Made by a program: the position numbers and the translations under genes
Part shown: positions 51,439 to 61,410 of the stretch, one piece after another
How the letters are laid out: the number at the start of each line of letters is the position of its first letter
Numbering within the stretch: position 1 is the stretch's first letter
The notes under the pieces: generated by a model
What the model was told of the DNA's origin: nothing
The model's database searches: none
Seen by the model: the letters and a program-made list of their open reading frames with translations, nothing else
NCBI GenBank assembly: GCA_963769935.1
Contig: CAVYNY010000007.1
Coordinates: 1 to 64,000 of the forward strand
Direction: 5' to 3'
DNA: 64,000 nucleotides
Source of the DNA: an uncultured delta proteobacterium
GTDB taxonomy: Bacteria > Desulfobacterota > Desulfobacteria > Desulfobacterales > JAFDCJ01

Positions 51439-52080
51439 CTAACCCGCTAAAGAAACGAAAACAGGCAGGAGCCCGAATCCAATTCCGACAATCAGGCTGA
51501 ATACAATACTGAATATCATTATAAACGGCATATATTTCTCGTGGTTGGCGCCGATCGTCTGGAATGCGCTCCAAAAGCCGTGGCTGACATGCACCGCCGC
51601 TACAACCATCGCCAGAACATAGAAGACCACCCAGAATGGATTTTCAAAGGTTTGCGCAACAATGTTCGCGATGTTCGTGCCGCTCTTATCCACAAAGTGA
51701 AAATTTTTCAAATGTATGACCACAAACACCAGTAAAAGAACACCGGTATACGGCATAGTGGCGGATCCGATGGTGCGTCCGCCCGCTCTTTTGCTGACGG
51801 CATAGCGCCCGCCCCGGGCGACGGTATTCTGATAGAACAGGGTCAGGCCGGTAAGAATGTGGATTATGGCGAGAACGGCGAGTCCCAGTTCCACGGCGGT
51901 AATCAGCGGTCCCAACGAATGTAGATGCGCGGCATATGAATTAAAGGCATCTTTTCCGCCGTAAATCGTCAGATTTCCCGCAAGATGTCCGGTCAAAAAG
52001 GCGCAGAATGCCAGACCGGTGACGGCCATCATCAGTTTTTTACCGATAGATGACCAGAAGGTTTGCTTCAACCAGTTCAT
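51439..52080 (-). CDS. sdhC: Succinate dehydrogenase/fumarate reductase cytochrome b subunit
   Basis: SSIGKKLMMAVTG, five TM helices with four His ligands, and HGFWSAFQTIG. Confidence 0.9.
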   Translation of the reverse strand: MNWLKQTFWSSIGKKLMMAVTGLAFCAFLTGHLAGNLTIYGGKDAFNSYAAHLHSLGPLITAVELGLAVLAIIHILTGLTLFYQNTVARGGRYAVSKRAGGRTIGSATMPYTGVLLLVFVVIHLKNFHFVDKSGTNIANIVAQTFENPFWVVFYVLAMVVAAVHVSHGFWSAFQTIGANHEKYMPFIMIFSIVFSLIVGIGFGLLPVFVSLAG

Positions 52081-52243
52081 TGTTTCCTCCATCTTAAGCA
52101 TTGGACAAACCGATAAGGCAGGAAAAATTTTTATTATTGGTTCTGAGATTTTCTGTCAATAGAATTGTTGCGGCACGCGGTGTCGACAGGGTAATCTCGA
52201 ATTAAATTCCAACAATAATTGCATTATAAATTTTTTTAAGACA

Positions 52244-52465
52244 ATGAAATTCCAAAGCTCAAGCACCAAATTACAAATAAATCTCAAATCTCAATATTCA
52301 ATGACCTAAACCTTCATCACAATTATATCGTGACGACTCGTAAACCCTGGTGTGCCGAAGATGATGCCCCTGGGCGCAGGAGTGGACGGTCCATTTGTTT
52401 GGGTTTTTGAATTTGGGTCATTGAGATTTGTTTGCGATTTGGTTTTTGGTGCTTGGAATTTTCAT
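52244..52465. repeat. Hairpin element with ~68-bp imperfect inverted arms of CAAAxxx heptamers
   Basis: ATGAAATTCCAAAGCTCAAGCACCAAATTACAAATAAATCTCAA... (52244-52311) versus ...TTGAGATTTGTTTGCGATTTGGTTTTTGGTGCTTGGAATTTTCAT (52397-52465). Confidence 0.8.
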
Positions 52466-52572
52466 GATTTTTGCTAAATAAATAATTTTATCCAAATCAG
52501 TTAATCGTTTTTAAATTAACTGTACCCTGGTGGGGCCGGCTGCCCTTCACGGGCACCCCTTCTGCATTTGCG

Positions 52573-53121
52573 TCAGGTTGTCGTGCTGGTCCACCAGTCA
52601 TCACGCTGGGTGCCCATAATTGCGTGCACGATTTTCCTGCCGGTTTCGGTTTTAACCCGCTTGATCACGTTTTCTATCCAGCCTAGGGGCGGTTTGTAAC
52701 CAATATCCATCAGGTCCTTTAGCTCTAAGATCAGCGCCAGTTGGTCGGCGTCATGGGACAACTTGGCCTCGGTTGTCTGAGCCTCGTTGTATTCCCGAAC
52801 GAGATTTAGCAGATTCTGGCCAAAAGCAAGTCCCCGGGCAGCATCTTCGAGTGCGGCCGGTTCATCGGCTTGAACGTATTTTTTATGGACGGTGTTCAGG
52901 TCTCCGGTCCTGGCTTCGGCAAGGTCATGGAGCAGGCACATGCTGATGAGTTTCAGGGCATCGGCGCCGGGTTCCAGCTGAGACATCACATAGGCAATGA
53001 AGGTCGTGCAAAAAGAATGTTCCGCCACCGACTCATGGCCGGCCCCCAGATAATGAAAACCTGAGCGGGGGATATCCTTCAGCATTTTGGCTTCAAACAG
53101 CAGGTTGGCAATATTTTTCAT
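52573..53121 (-). CDS. HD-domain phosphohydrolase (YfbR/HDDC2-like)
   Basis: LK.IPRSG, ESVAEHS, LLHDLAEARTGD and HDADQL. Confidence 0.9.
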   Translation of the reverse strand: MKNIANLLFEAKMLKDIPRSGFHYLGAGHESVAEHSFCTTFIAYVMSQLEPGADALKLISMCLLHDLAEARTGDLNTVHKKYVQADEPAALEDAARGLAFGQNLLNLVREYNEAQTTEAKLSHDADQLALILELKDLMDIGYKPPLGWIENVIKRVKTETGRKIVHAIMGTQRDDWWTSTTT

Positions 53122-53134
53122 AAATATTCCTTTA

Positions 53135-53238
53135 GGTTGGATTGTTGAGATCGTTTGGATCGTTGAGATAGTTTAGATCGTTGAGATCGTTATATTCGGT
53201 TGAAATAGTTGGTTGTTCATAGCTCATGGCTGATGGAT
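53135..53238 (-). repeat. Nonamer array (CAACGATCT) with adjacent heptamers upstream of the HD gene
   Basis: Six GTTGAGATC-like units. 53195-53211 is the exact reverse complement of 59456-59472. Confidence 0.75.
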
Positions 53239-53504
53239 TACGCCGCGGGCGCTGCAGTATTTTTATAAAATCGAAAGGATTCCATAATTCGTCATTCCTT
53301 AGCGGCCTCCGTCCCTGAAGGCAAGCCAAAAATTGCCGGGAATGCCGCAAATTCCAAATAGGTTGACACCCTATCCATTTTCATATAAGTAATAACAGTT
53401 AAAACAGAAAGTTATTAATCTTGCTTATTTTCAATTGATACTTATATTTCAACAAACTTCAGATCCGATTCATACACCAAATCTGATGGAAAACGGAGCC
53501 CCTT

Positions 53505-54242
53505 ATGACGGTTGGTAAAATTGATTTGATTCACATGATCGGCAATGCCGGTCTTGTGGTTCAGCTGGTGCTTTTATTGCTGTTGTTTTTTTCCGTAACT
53601 TCCTGGGCAATTATTTTAATTAAGTATCGTTACATCAGACGGGCATTCAGACAGTCGGCTGAATTCACGGAATTTTTTTGGAAAAGCCGCGATCTGTCCA
53701 ATGCCTTCGCCAAAGCCAAACAGCTTCATGGAAGCCCGTTGGCCAGAATTTTTCGAATCGGTTATGTGGAGCTAAAAAAAACGAGCCAATCCGGCGAGCC
53801 GACGATTTCGGGCTCATCCCCGCCTGCCGGTGAAAAACTCCCTTTCAGTACCAGATTCGCCGGGATCGATAATGTGAAGCGGGCCTTGCGCCGGGCAACC
53901 AACACTGAAATGACCCGCATGACCCAAATGGTGGCCTTTTTGGCGACGACCGGCAACACCGCACCATTTATCGGTTTGTTCGGTACGGTCTGGGGCATTA
54001 TCCACTCTTTCAGCGGAATCGGCCAACAAGGTTCAGCGAGTCTGGCGGTTGTTGCCCCCGGCATTTCCGAGGCGCTTGTGGCAACGGCCGCCGGTCTGGC
54101 GGCTGCCATACCGGCGGTGATTGCCTTTAATTTCTTTATGAATAAGATTCGTATCGTTGACACCGAGTTACAAAGCTTTGCCGCCGATTTTCTCAACATC
54201 ATTGAACGGGATATTCTGCGTATCGAGAGGAGAAAAGGATGA
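53505..54242 (+). CDS. tolQ: TolQ
   Basis: APFIGLFGTVWGI and VAPGISEALVATAAGL. Confidence 0.95.
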   Translation: MTVGKIDLIHMIGNAGLVVQLVLLLLLFFSVTSWAIILIKYRYIRRAFRQSAEFTEFFWKSRDLSNAFAKAKQLHGSPLARIFRIGYVELKKTSQSGEPTISGSSPPAGEKLPFSTRFAGIDNVKRALRRATNTEMTRMTQMVAFLATTGNTAPFIGLFGTVWGIIHSFSGIGQQGSASLAVVAPGISEALVATAAGLAAAIPAVIAFNFFMNKIRIVDTELQSFAADFLNIIERDILRIERRKG

Positions 54243-54676
54243 TCACCGGCGGCAGAAATAGTGAGTTGATGTCCGATATCAACGTGACCCCTTTCGTTGA
54301 TGTCATGCTGGTCCTGCTGATCATTTTCATGGTCACCGCGCCCATGATGATCCAGGGCTTGGACGTTGATTTGCCCGAGGCCACGGCCAAACCGCTTGAC
54401 TCCGAAAAGGAGCATCTGGTTATAACGATCAACAAAGAACAGCAGGTATTCATCAATGATTTTCAGGTAACGGTTGAGTCCTTGCAGGATAAGCTTATAA
54501 AAGTCGTTCAGGGTCGCAAGGATCGGGATGTTTATCTCAAAGCGGACAAGAGCATTCCGTATGGAATTGTCGTTCAAGTGATGGCGGAGATAAAGGCCGC
54601 CGGTGTTGAACAGCTTGGCATGATCACCGATCCGTCGGTTATCGAAAAGATACGCGAAGCACAAAAAAGCAAATAG
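54239..54676 (+). CDS. tolR: TolR
   Basis: INVTPFVDVMLVLLIIFMVTAP and LKADKSIPYG. Confidence 0.95.
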   Translation: MITGGRNSELMSDINVTPFVDVMLVLLIIFMVTAPMMIQGLDVDLPEATAKPLDSEKEHLVITINKEQQVFINDFQVTVESLQDKLIKVVQGRKDRDVYLKADKSIPYGIVVQVMAEIKAAGVEQLGMITDPSVIEKIREAQKSK

Positions 54677-54679
54677 CCG

Positions 54680-55630
54680 ATGAAAACAATTTCTTCTGCG
54701 CATGCGTATCCGATGGGGCAGGACATTGATTCCCGTTCCATGGTATTGTACATTGGAATATCACTGTTATTTCATGTGATCTTCATTGGATCCGTTATTT
54801 TTATGCCCTCCGCCGCCGGCCGACCGAGATTGGGACCAGGGGCTATAAATGTCAATTTGGTTGCGATGCCCGGTCCTCCGGCAGCGGCACCGGCGCCGGC
54901 AGCCGAAGCTTCGGCCGCGCCGGCAACCAAACCGGCGGCTGTGCCGGTTGCCATACCAAAGAAGGAAGCAGAGCAAGCCCCGAAGGCGCCGGTTGTCGAA
55001 CCGCCGCCTCCCAAACCACTGCCCGTTGTACCGGCTCCCCCTAAAACCGTGTCATTGGCGCCGAAAGAGGACAAGCCCAAGGCTAAACAATCACTCAAGA
55101 AAAAAACGATCGATCGCCAAAAAATTATCGATCAGGCGGTGGCCAAGGTCGAACAAAAGGTTGAAGAATCCCGCTCGGATTCCGTCCAACAAGCCATCGC
55201 GCGTTTGAAAAAAAAGGTGGCGCAAGGCGAGGCCGCTGGTTCTAAGCCGGACGCCGCAGCCAAAGAAACAACCAATGCAGCGGGAGCCGGGGTGCCCGGC
55301 GGAACCGGCGGCGGTGGCGGCAAAGGTGAGCTTGAGACCACCGACTTGTATAAGATTGAAGTTGCTTTTCAAGTCGAAAGAAATTGGGCTTTTTCGCAAC
55401 AGCTGGCCGGAGACGATCGGGCCTTGCAGGCCAGCCTTGTATTCAAGGTTCTGCCGAGCGGTGAGATAACCGATATCCGGTTTACTCAAAAATCAGGCAA
55501 TTCGTATTTGGATGATTCAGCTTACAAAGCGATCGTCAAAGCCAATCCGGTTTCACCGCATCCTGCAGGGGTCAATGTGCCGTATGTGATCGTGGGGCTC
55601 AGATTTACCCCGGAAGGGTTGAGAAAATAA
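54680..55630 (+). CDS. tolA: TolA/TonB-family protein
   Basis: TM helix with SxxxH, Pro/Ala/Lys-rich linker and C-terminal SGNSYLDDSA. Position within the tol operon. Confidence 0.88.
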   Translation: MKTISSAHAYPMGQDIDSRSMVLYIGISLLFHVIFIGSVIFMPSAAGRPRLGPGAINVNLVAMPGPPAAAPAPAAEASAAPATKPAAVPVAIPKKEAEQAPKAPVVEPPPPKPLPVVPAPPKTVSLAPKEDKPKAKQSLKKKTIDRQKIIDQAVAKVEQKVEESRSDSVQQAIARLKKKVAQGEAAGSKPDAAAKETTNAAGAGVPGGTGGGGGKGELETTDLYKIEVAFQVERNWAFSQQLAGDDRALQASLVFKVLPSGEITDIRFTQKSGNSYLDDSAYKAIVKANPVSPHPAGVNVPYVIVGLRFTPEGLRK

Positions 55631-55798
55631 TCTAAGGTTCAAGTTTTAAAGTTTTAGAGGTGCAAAATTACGTTGGAGACAAGTCTGAGCGGTGGACTCT
55701 GAACCGGTCCACGTTTGTATTTTTTTATTGACTGGCTGATGCGGAGCAGGCATATATACCAGTAATTTTCAATTCATTTCAACATTGACAGCAGCGAA

Positions 55799-57145
55799 AT
55801 GGTAATTATGGTGCGTTATCTGAGAAGTATTTTTACTATCGTTCTTGGGCTACTACTGATTGGGCCGGTTTTGGCGTTTGCGCAAAGCGACGCAGATCAG
55901 TATGAATACATAGATATCAGTAATCCTTTTTTACGGAAGATTCCATTGGCCGTCCCGCCGTTCAAAAATGTGACCGGAACTGCGGAAGAAATCCAATTGT
56001 CCAAATCATCTTCCGATCTGCTCGCGGCCAGCCTTGACTTTACCGGGTATTTCAAGATACTCGATCAGCAATCTTTTCTTTTCGATCCCGCCAAGGATGG
56101 CGTTATGACCCCCCAAATCAATTTCGCCAACTGGACGGTCCTCGGCGCCGAGCTGCTGGTCACCGGTCTTTTCGAGGTCAGTGACGGCAAAATTACGGCG
56201 GAACTCCGTCTATTTGATACCTTTAAGGCCAAGCGCATTTTGGGTAAAAAATATGGCGGCCGGCTGGCCGATCAGCGCAAAATCATTCATCGATTTTGCA
56301 GTGAAGTGATTCAGTATCTTGCCGGTCATCAAGGTCCGTTTGCCAGTAAAATCGCCTTTGTTTCCACCGGCACCGGAAATAAGGAAATTTACAGCTGCGA
56401 GTTTGATGGTTATGATCCTCAGCAGATTACCCGCAACCATTCAATTTCTTTGTTTCCGGCCTGGTCTTCTGACGGCAAATATCTGGCCTATACGTCGTAT
56501 AAAGCGGGCCATCCCGATCTTTACATAAAAAATCTGGCCGAAATGCAGGAAATATCGGTCGCCAAAAAAGGCATCAATATTACGCCGGCCTGGGTTCCGG
56601 GCAAATTTGAGCTGGCCGCTACGCTTTCCTTCTCAGGTGACCAGGAAATTTATCTATTGACTGGCGAAGGAAAAATTATTAAAAGACTAACCGACATGCG
56701 GGGCAGCGATGTTTCACCCACCTGGTCCCCGGATGGCAAAAAGCTGGCGTTTGTTTCCAATCGGTCAGGCAATCCCCAAATTTATATAACGGACTTGGAC
56801 ACCGATCGGACCAGACGGTTAACCTATGACGGCAACTACAATACCCAGCCGAGCTGGTCTCCGAGCGGAGGAAAAATAGCCTACGCCTCATTCATAGACG
56901 GCCGGCACAATATTTGCGTGATTGATGTTGAAGGCTCGGAACCGCACCAACTAACCCATGAATCAGGAGATAACGAATCACCCTCATGGTCGCCTGATGG
57001 AAACCTTATCGTTTTCAGCTCAAACCGTGAGGGACCTTCTCGATTATATGTGATGACTGCGTTTGGCACTGATCAACGCCGGTTACTCAAGATGAACGGC
57101 GAACAGACTAACCCTAAATGGTCGACGAACGATTTCAATTACTAG
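55799..57145 (+). CDS. tolB: TolB
   Basis: Repeated PxWSPDG beta-propeller motifs. Start may be 55808. Confidence 0.95.
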   Translation: MVIMVRYLRSIFTIVLGLLLIGPVLAFAQSDADQYEYIDISNPFLRKIPLAVPPFKNVTGTAEEIQLSKSSSDLLAASLDFTGYFKILDQQSFLFDPAKDGVMTPQINFANWTVLGAELLVTGLFEVSDGKITAELRLFDTFKAKRILGKKYGGRLADQRKIIHRFCSEVIQYLAGHQGPFASKIAFVSTGTGNKEIYSCEFDGYDPQQITRNHSISLFPAWSSDGKYLAYTSYKAGHPDLYIKNLAEMQEISVAKKGINITPAWVPGKFELAATLSFSGDQEIYLLTGEGKIIKRLTDMRGSDVSPTWSPDGKKLAFVSNRSGNPQIYITDLDTDRTRRLTYDGNYNTQPSWSPSGGKIAYASFIDGRHNICVIDVEGSEPHQLTHESGDNESPSWSPDGNLIVFSSNREGPSRLYVMTAFGTDQRRLLKMNGEQTNPKWSTNDFNY

Positions 57146-57173
57146 ATCTTTCCTAATGTGAAAGGAGGAAGAA

Positions 57174-57683
57174 ATGCAAAAGAAGAAATGGATTTTATTG
57201 GCTTTGATGTTTGTTATTCCTGGATTGCTGGTTACCGTTTCATGTCAGAAAAAGGTGATTAATGCGACCCCTCAGCCGGTGGTCGAAGAAAAGAAGGTGG
57301 AAGAAAAACCGCCGGAGCCAGTTGTGGTACCCCCCAAGGCGCCTGATATGATGGTAATGCAGGAAGACATATATTTTGATTTTGATAAATCCACCCTGAC
57401 CCCCGCAGCGCAGGATAACCTGCTGCGAAAGGCCGAATGGCTGCGCCAGAATTCCAATGCCACGATAACCATCGAGGGCAATTGTGATGATCGCGGCACC
57501 GAAGAGTACAACCTGGCGTTGGGGGACCGGCGCGCTGAAAGTGCCAAAGCTTTTCTGGTTGACCTGGGAATTGCTCCTGCCCGGATTTCGACCATCAGCT
57601 ACGGCGAAGAAAGACCTGTCGACCCCCGCAATAATGAAGAAGCCTGGGCCAAAAACCGGCGCGACCATTTCGTGGTCAATTAG
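57174..57683 (+). CDS. pal: Peptidoglycan-associated lipoprotein
   Basis: Lipobox (TVSC), IYFDFDKS, YNLALGDRRA, SYGEE and AKNRR. Confidence 0.96.
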   Translation: MQKKKWILLALMFVIPGLLVTVSCQKKVINATPQPVVEEKKVEEKPPEPVVVPPKAPDMMVMQEDIYFDFDKSTLTPAAQDNLLRKAEWLRQNSNATITIEGNCDDRGTEEYNLALGDRRAESAKAFLVDLGIAPARISTISYGEERPVDPRNNEEAWAKNRRDHFVVN

Positions 57684-57766
57684 CAGGTGATTTTCCGGTT
57701 CTTGGGAAATGTCGCCCTTAAGGGGCGGCGAACCGGAAAGGGCGACGGTCCATAATTGTTTCAAAT

Positions 57767-57806
57767 AGGCAGCCGGCGCCGGCCAAGCCGGTGCTTGCTG
57801 CCTTTT
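57767..57806 (+). terminator. GC-rich hairpin with T-tract after pal
   Basis: AGGCAGCCGGCGCCGGC-CAA-GCCGGTGCTTGCTGCCT-TTT. Confidence 0.5.
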
Positions 57807-57872
57807 CACCGCCAAGCGGGGTAGGGCCGCGGGATATCTTTTGGCCAAGAATCCTAATTATTAAAGTATGGT

Positions 57873-58745
57873 GTGATGAAAATATCCGTTTTGAGATCTA
57901 CTATCCTGTTGAATTTAGCATGTCTGTTGCTTTTATTCGGCTGCGTAAGTCAGAACGAAGTCACCTCGCTCGACACACGCTTGAGTGAGCTGGAACTTCG
58001 CAACTCCGAAACTCGCGAAAAAAGTGCTGCCTTGAAATCCGAGTTGCAAACTCGCGCGGGTGACGAACAGTCAGTGCGGCTTCAAATTGCTTCATTGCGG
58101 CAGCAGCTGGCCGGGCTCAATGAAGACGTCCGATCCTTAACCGGCCGAATCGAAGAACTTGAACATACGCTAAATCGCCAAACTCAAGAAAATACGGAGT
58201 CGACGGGCAGCCGGCAGGATCAGTTAGACCAACTGGCAAAAGACGCCAGATCGAATGACGAGCGTATTCTGCGCATTGAGCAGTACTTGAATTTTGAAAC
58301 ATCGGCGTCGGCGAAGGCACCGGAGAGCTCCTCTGCCAAAATCGCACCGGCCGAGCAGGTCAAAAAAGAGACCTCCGAAGATGAGATTTACCGGCAGGCG
58401 AAACAGGCTTTTGATCAGGGAGACTCCGACGCGGCCCGCAACAAATTCAGTGAACTTATCAAGCGCTATCCCAAATCGGAGCGCGCTGATAATGCCCAGT
58501 TCTGGATCGGTGAAATATATTATCGTGAAAAATGGTATGAAAAAGCCATCCTCGAGTATCAGAAAGTTATCGAGAATTATCCTAAAGGCAATAAAGTTCC
58601 GGCATCCCTTCTAAAGCAGGGTTTCGCGTTTCTAAATCTGGGTGATAAAGCCAATTCCCGCATCATTTTACAGGAGTTGATCAAAAAATATCCCCAAACG
58701 AACGAAGCAAAGATCGCCCAAGATAAACTTAAAGATCTGAATTGA
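57873..58745 (+). CDS. cpoB: Tol-Pal system protein YbgF/CpoB
   Basis: Lipobox LFGC, coiled coil, and TPRs (ADNAQFWIGE, YPKGNKVPASLLK). Confidence 0.92.
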   Translation: MMKISVLRSTILLNLACLLLLFGCVSQNEVTSLDTRLSELELRNSETREKSAALKSELQTRAGDEQSVRLQIASLRQQLAGLNEDVRSLTGRIEELEHTLNRQTQENTESTGSRQDQLDQLAKDARSNDERILRIEQYLNFETSASAKAPESSSAKIAPAEQVKKETSEDEIYRQAKQAFDQGDSDAARNKFSELIKRYPKSERADNAQFWIGEIYYREKWYEKAILEYQKVIENYPKGNKVPASLLKQGFAFLNLGDKANSRIILQELIKKYPQTNEAKIAQDKLKDLN

Positions 58746-58757
58746 CATGAACGCGCG

Positions 58758-59246
58758 ATGATAACAATCATCGGTATAGATCCCGGACTTTCAGCAACCG
58801 GTGTCGGAATCGTGCGAGGAATCGGATCAAAAATCTCAGGCTATTCTTTTGGCAGCATCAACACCCTCAAAAACAATTCATTGCCCAACCGCCTCGATCA
58901 CATCTTTTCAAAAGTTCTGCAAATCTTAAAGGACGAAAAACCCGACCTCATGGTCATAGAGGACGTATTCTCCCTGTCCGAATACCCCAAGTCCGGCATA
59001 ACACTGGGACAGGTAACAGGCGTGGTGATGTTGGCGGCATGCCAAGCCGGGGTATCGTCGGTCGAAATTGCCGTCCGTGAGGCCAAACAGGTTCTGACCG
59101 GAAACGGCAATGCCAGCAAGATGCAGCTGGAGGAATCCGTGCGGCATCGATTGCACCACCATTCGATCATACGGCCTTATCACGCCTCCGATGCTCTGGG
59201 ACTTGCCCTAATCGGATTATATCGTTATCATAAGAACCATACCTGA
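58758..59246 (+). CDS. ruvC: Holliday junction resolvase RuvC
   Basis: IIGIDPG, VIEDVF, K..LTGNGNASK and HASDAL. Confidence 0.93.
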   Translation: MITIIGIDPGLSATGVGIVRGIGSKISGYSFGSINTLKNNSLPNRLDHIFSKVLQILKDEKPDLMVIEDVFSLSEYPKSGITLGQVTGVVMLAACQAGVSSVEIAVREAKQVLTGNGNASKMQLEESVRHRLHHHSIIRPYHASDALGLALIGLYRYHKNHT

Positions 59247-59249
59247 AAG

Positions 59250-59520
59250 CGCGTTACGGGTTGCGGGTTTGCGGGTTACGGTTTGCGGGTTGCGGGCGAA
59301 GGGCGCATAGGGCATGGGGCACAGCGCATAGCATAAAAAAGCAGAGTGTTGCCGGAGGGTACTTCAAGTGTCGACTCCCGGTTGATGGTTGATAGGCGAT
59401 ATTTCATAGTTGATAGGTGATAGTTCATGTCTCCCTTCGACTCAATCAACTCAATCAACTATTTCAACCGAAATTAACAATCTCAACGATGCAAACGATT
59501 CAAAACATCCAAACAAAAGA
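59250..59520. repeat. Stack of five different short tandem arrays between ruvC and ruvA
   Basis: GGGTTGC (59250-59297), GCATAGG (59300-59336), GTTGATA (59381-59428), CTCAATCAA (59441-59460) and CAAACGATx (59476-59516). Confidence 0.8.
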
Positions 59521-59535
59521 AACGGATTTTGACTG

Positions 59536-60168
59536 GTGATCGGCTATCTCGAAGGTAAATTGTTAAAAAAAGAAGAGGATCGCGTGCTGATTCTCGCCAA
59601 CCAGATTGGCTATGAAGTTCTGCTTCCGGCCGTTGTGATGAAATCTTTGCAAAACCAAAGTATCGGGGGGCAGGTTTCGCTTTATATTTATTTTCATCAA
59701 ACCGAGCGACAACCGAAACCGGTTTTGATCGGCTTTAATCTTGAGGTCGAGCGCGAATTTTTCCAGTATTTTATTTCGGTGGAGGATATCGGCCCTTTAA
59801 AAGCCGCGAAAGCGCTGGAGGTTCCGGTCAGGGAAATCGCCACTGCCATCGAGTCCGGGGACATCGGCAAACTCACCCAACTAAAAGGCATCGGCCGGCG
59901 AACCGCACAAAAAATCATCGCCAGCCTGGGAGGTAAAATGGGTAAGTTCGCCCTGATTCGGACTGCCGAGAACCAGGAGCAGGCCCCCGCCGTGGAAGAT
60001 TTCTCGCAACAGGTGCTGGACGTGATGGTTAAACAGCTCGGCCACAAACCGGCCGACGCCAAACAGATGATTGTCAATGCCATGCAGCGCAACCGTTCCA
60101 TCACCTCCGCGGAAGCATTGTTTGATGAAGTGTATCGAGGAGAAAAAATGGAGGGCGAAGGAAATTGA
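59536..60168 (+). CDS. ruvA: Holliday junction branch migration protein RuvA
   Basis: MIGYLEG, IGYEV and HhH motifs (IGPLKA, KGIGRRTAQKI). Confidence 0.93.
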   Translation: MIGYLEGKLLKKEEDRVLILANQIGYEVLLPAVVMKSLQNQSIGGQVSLYIYFHQTERQPKPVLIGFNLEVEREFFQYFISVEDIGPLKAAKALEVPVREIATAIESGDIGKLTQLKGIGRRTAQKIIASLGGKMGKFALIRTAENQEQAPAVEDFSQQVLDVMVKQLGHKPADAKQMIVNAMQRNRSITSAEALFDEVYRGEKMEGEGN

Positions 60169-60286
60169 AAATTGTAAATTGAAGATTGAATATTTGTGGA
60201 AGTCGCTGCGCTCCGTCATTTCTATTTTAATTATTTAAATCGATAGCATACCTTAAATATTCAATTTTAAATCTGCAATATTCAAT
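60164..60286. repeat. Hairpin element with inverted ATTGAAx heptamer arms
   Basis: ATTGAAAATTGTAAATTGAAGATTGAATATTTGTGG...AAATATTCAATTTTAAATCTGCAATATTCAAT. Contains the ruvA stop codon. Confidence 0.85.
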
Positions 60287-60364
60287 CATTTAACACTTTC
60301 CACATTGGTTTTAAGATGGTAACTCTATTCGTATCACCACTTAATCGTAAGAGAACAACAGACC

Positions 60365-61405
60365 ATGTCCGACGACATCATTTCATTTTCTTCCGATAAA
60401 CAAGGCATCGTAACCAGCTCCCCCTTAGTCGAGGATCAGGAACCGGAAATATTGTCTCTGCGGCCTGAATACCTGGTGGATTATGTCGGTCAGTCGGAAG
60501 TGGTGGAAACGCTCAAGATCGCCATTGAAGCATCCTTGCAGCGCCGCGAGCCCATTGATCATGTTTTGCTGCACGGTCCGCCGGGCCTTGGGAAAACCAC
60601 GCTGGCCCACATCATCGCCAATGAGATGGGAGGTAATTTGACCGTTACCTCCGGTCCGGCCCTGGAAAAAGGCGGAGATCTGATCGGGATGCTGACCCAT
60701 CTTGAAAGCAGCGATATTCTTTTCATCGATGAAATTCATCGCATTCCCAAAGCCGTGGAAGAATTTCTCTATCCGGCGATGGAAGACTTTGCCATCGATT
60801 TTGTCTTCGACAAAGGCGTTCATGCCCGCAGCCACCGCTTTCAATTGAAACGCTTTACTTTGGTGGGGGCTACGACCCGGGTCGGGTTGCTCTCCGCACC
60901 GTTGCGGGACCGCTTCGGCATCTTCCGCAGCCTTGATTTCTATGCCGAACCTGATCTGGTGAAAATCACCAAACGTTCGGCAGCCCTGCTCGGAGTTGCC
61001 ATCAACGAACAGGGCGCCGTTGAGCTGGCCAAACGATCGCGCGGGACACCGCGCATCGTGAATCGTTTGCTGAAGCGGGTAAGGGACTACAGCCAGGTCA
61101 GAGCGGACGGCAAAATTTCCAAAGAAACGGTGTCGGCCGCTCTTGAGCTGGAAGGTGTTGATGAGAAGGGACTGACCGACCTGGATCGCCGTTATTTGAA
61201 TACGATTATCAAATTTTACCACGGCGGGCCGGTGGGAATTGAAGCCATCGCCGCCACATTGCAGGAAGAGTCCGACACTCTGGTGGATATCATCGAGCCT
61301 TACCTCTTAAAAATCGGGTTTGTTATCAGGACGTCTTCCGGTAGAAAGGCATCCGAGGCGTCTTTCCGACATCTGGGATTTAAAATTCAGACTAAGATAT
61401 TTTAA
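60365..61405 (+). CDS. ruvB: Holliday junction branch migration helicase RuvB
   Basis: [27 protein letters not shown] and RGTPR motifs. Confidence 0.98.
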   Translation: MSDDIISFSSDKQGIVTSSPLVEDQEPEILSLRPEYLVDYVGQSEVVETLKIAIEASLQRREPIDHVLLHGPPGLGKTTLAHIIANEMGGNLTVTSGPALEKGGDLIGMLTHLESSDILFIDEIHRIPKAVEEFLYPAMEDFAIDFVFDKGVHARSHRFQLKRFTLVGATTRVGLLSAPLRDRFGIFRSLDFYAEPDLVKITKRSAALLGVAINEQGAVELAKRSRGTPRIVNRLLKRVRDYSQVRADGKISKETVSAALELEGVDEKGLTDLDRRYLNTIIKFYHGGPVGIEAIAATLQEESDTLVDIIEPYLLKIGFVIRTSSGRKASEASFRHLGFKIQTKIF

Positions 61406-61410
61406 AGATT

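Noticed and set aside
53135..59520. Short tandem arrays as CRISPR repeats
   Set aside because: Units are 7-9 nt with no unique spacers of regular length. No cas genes.
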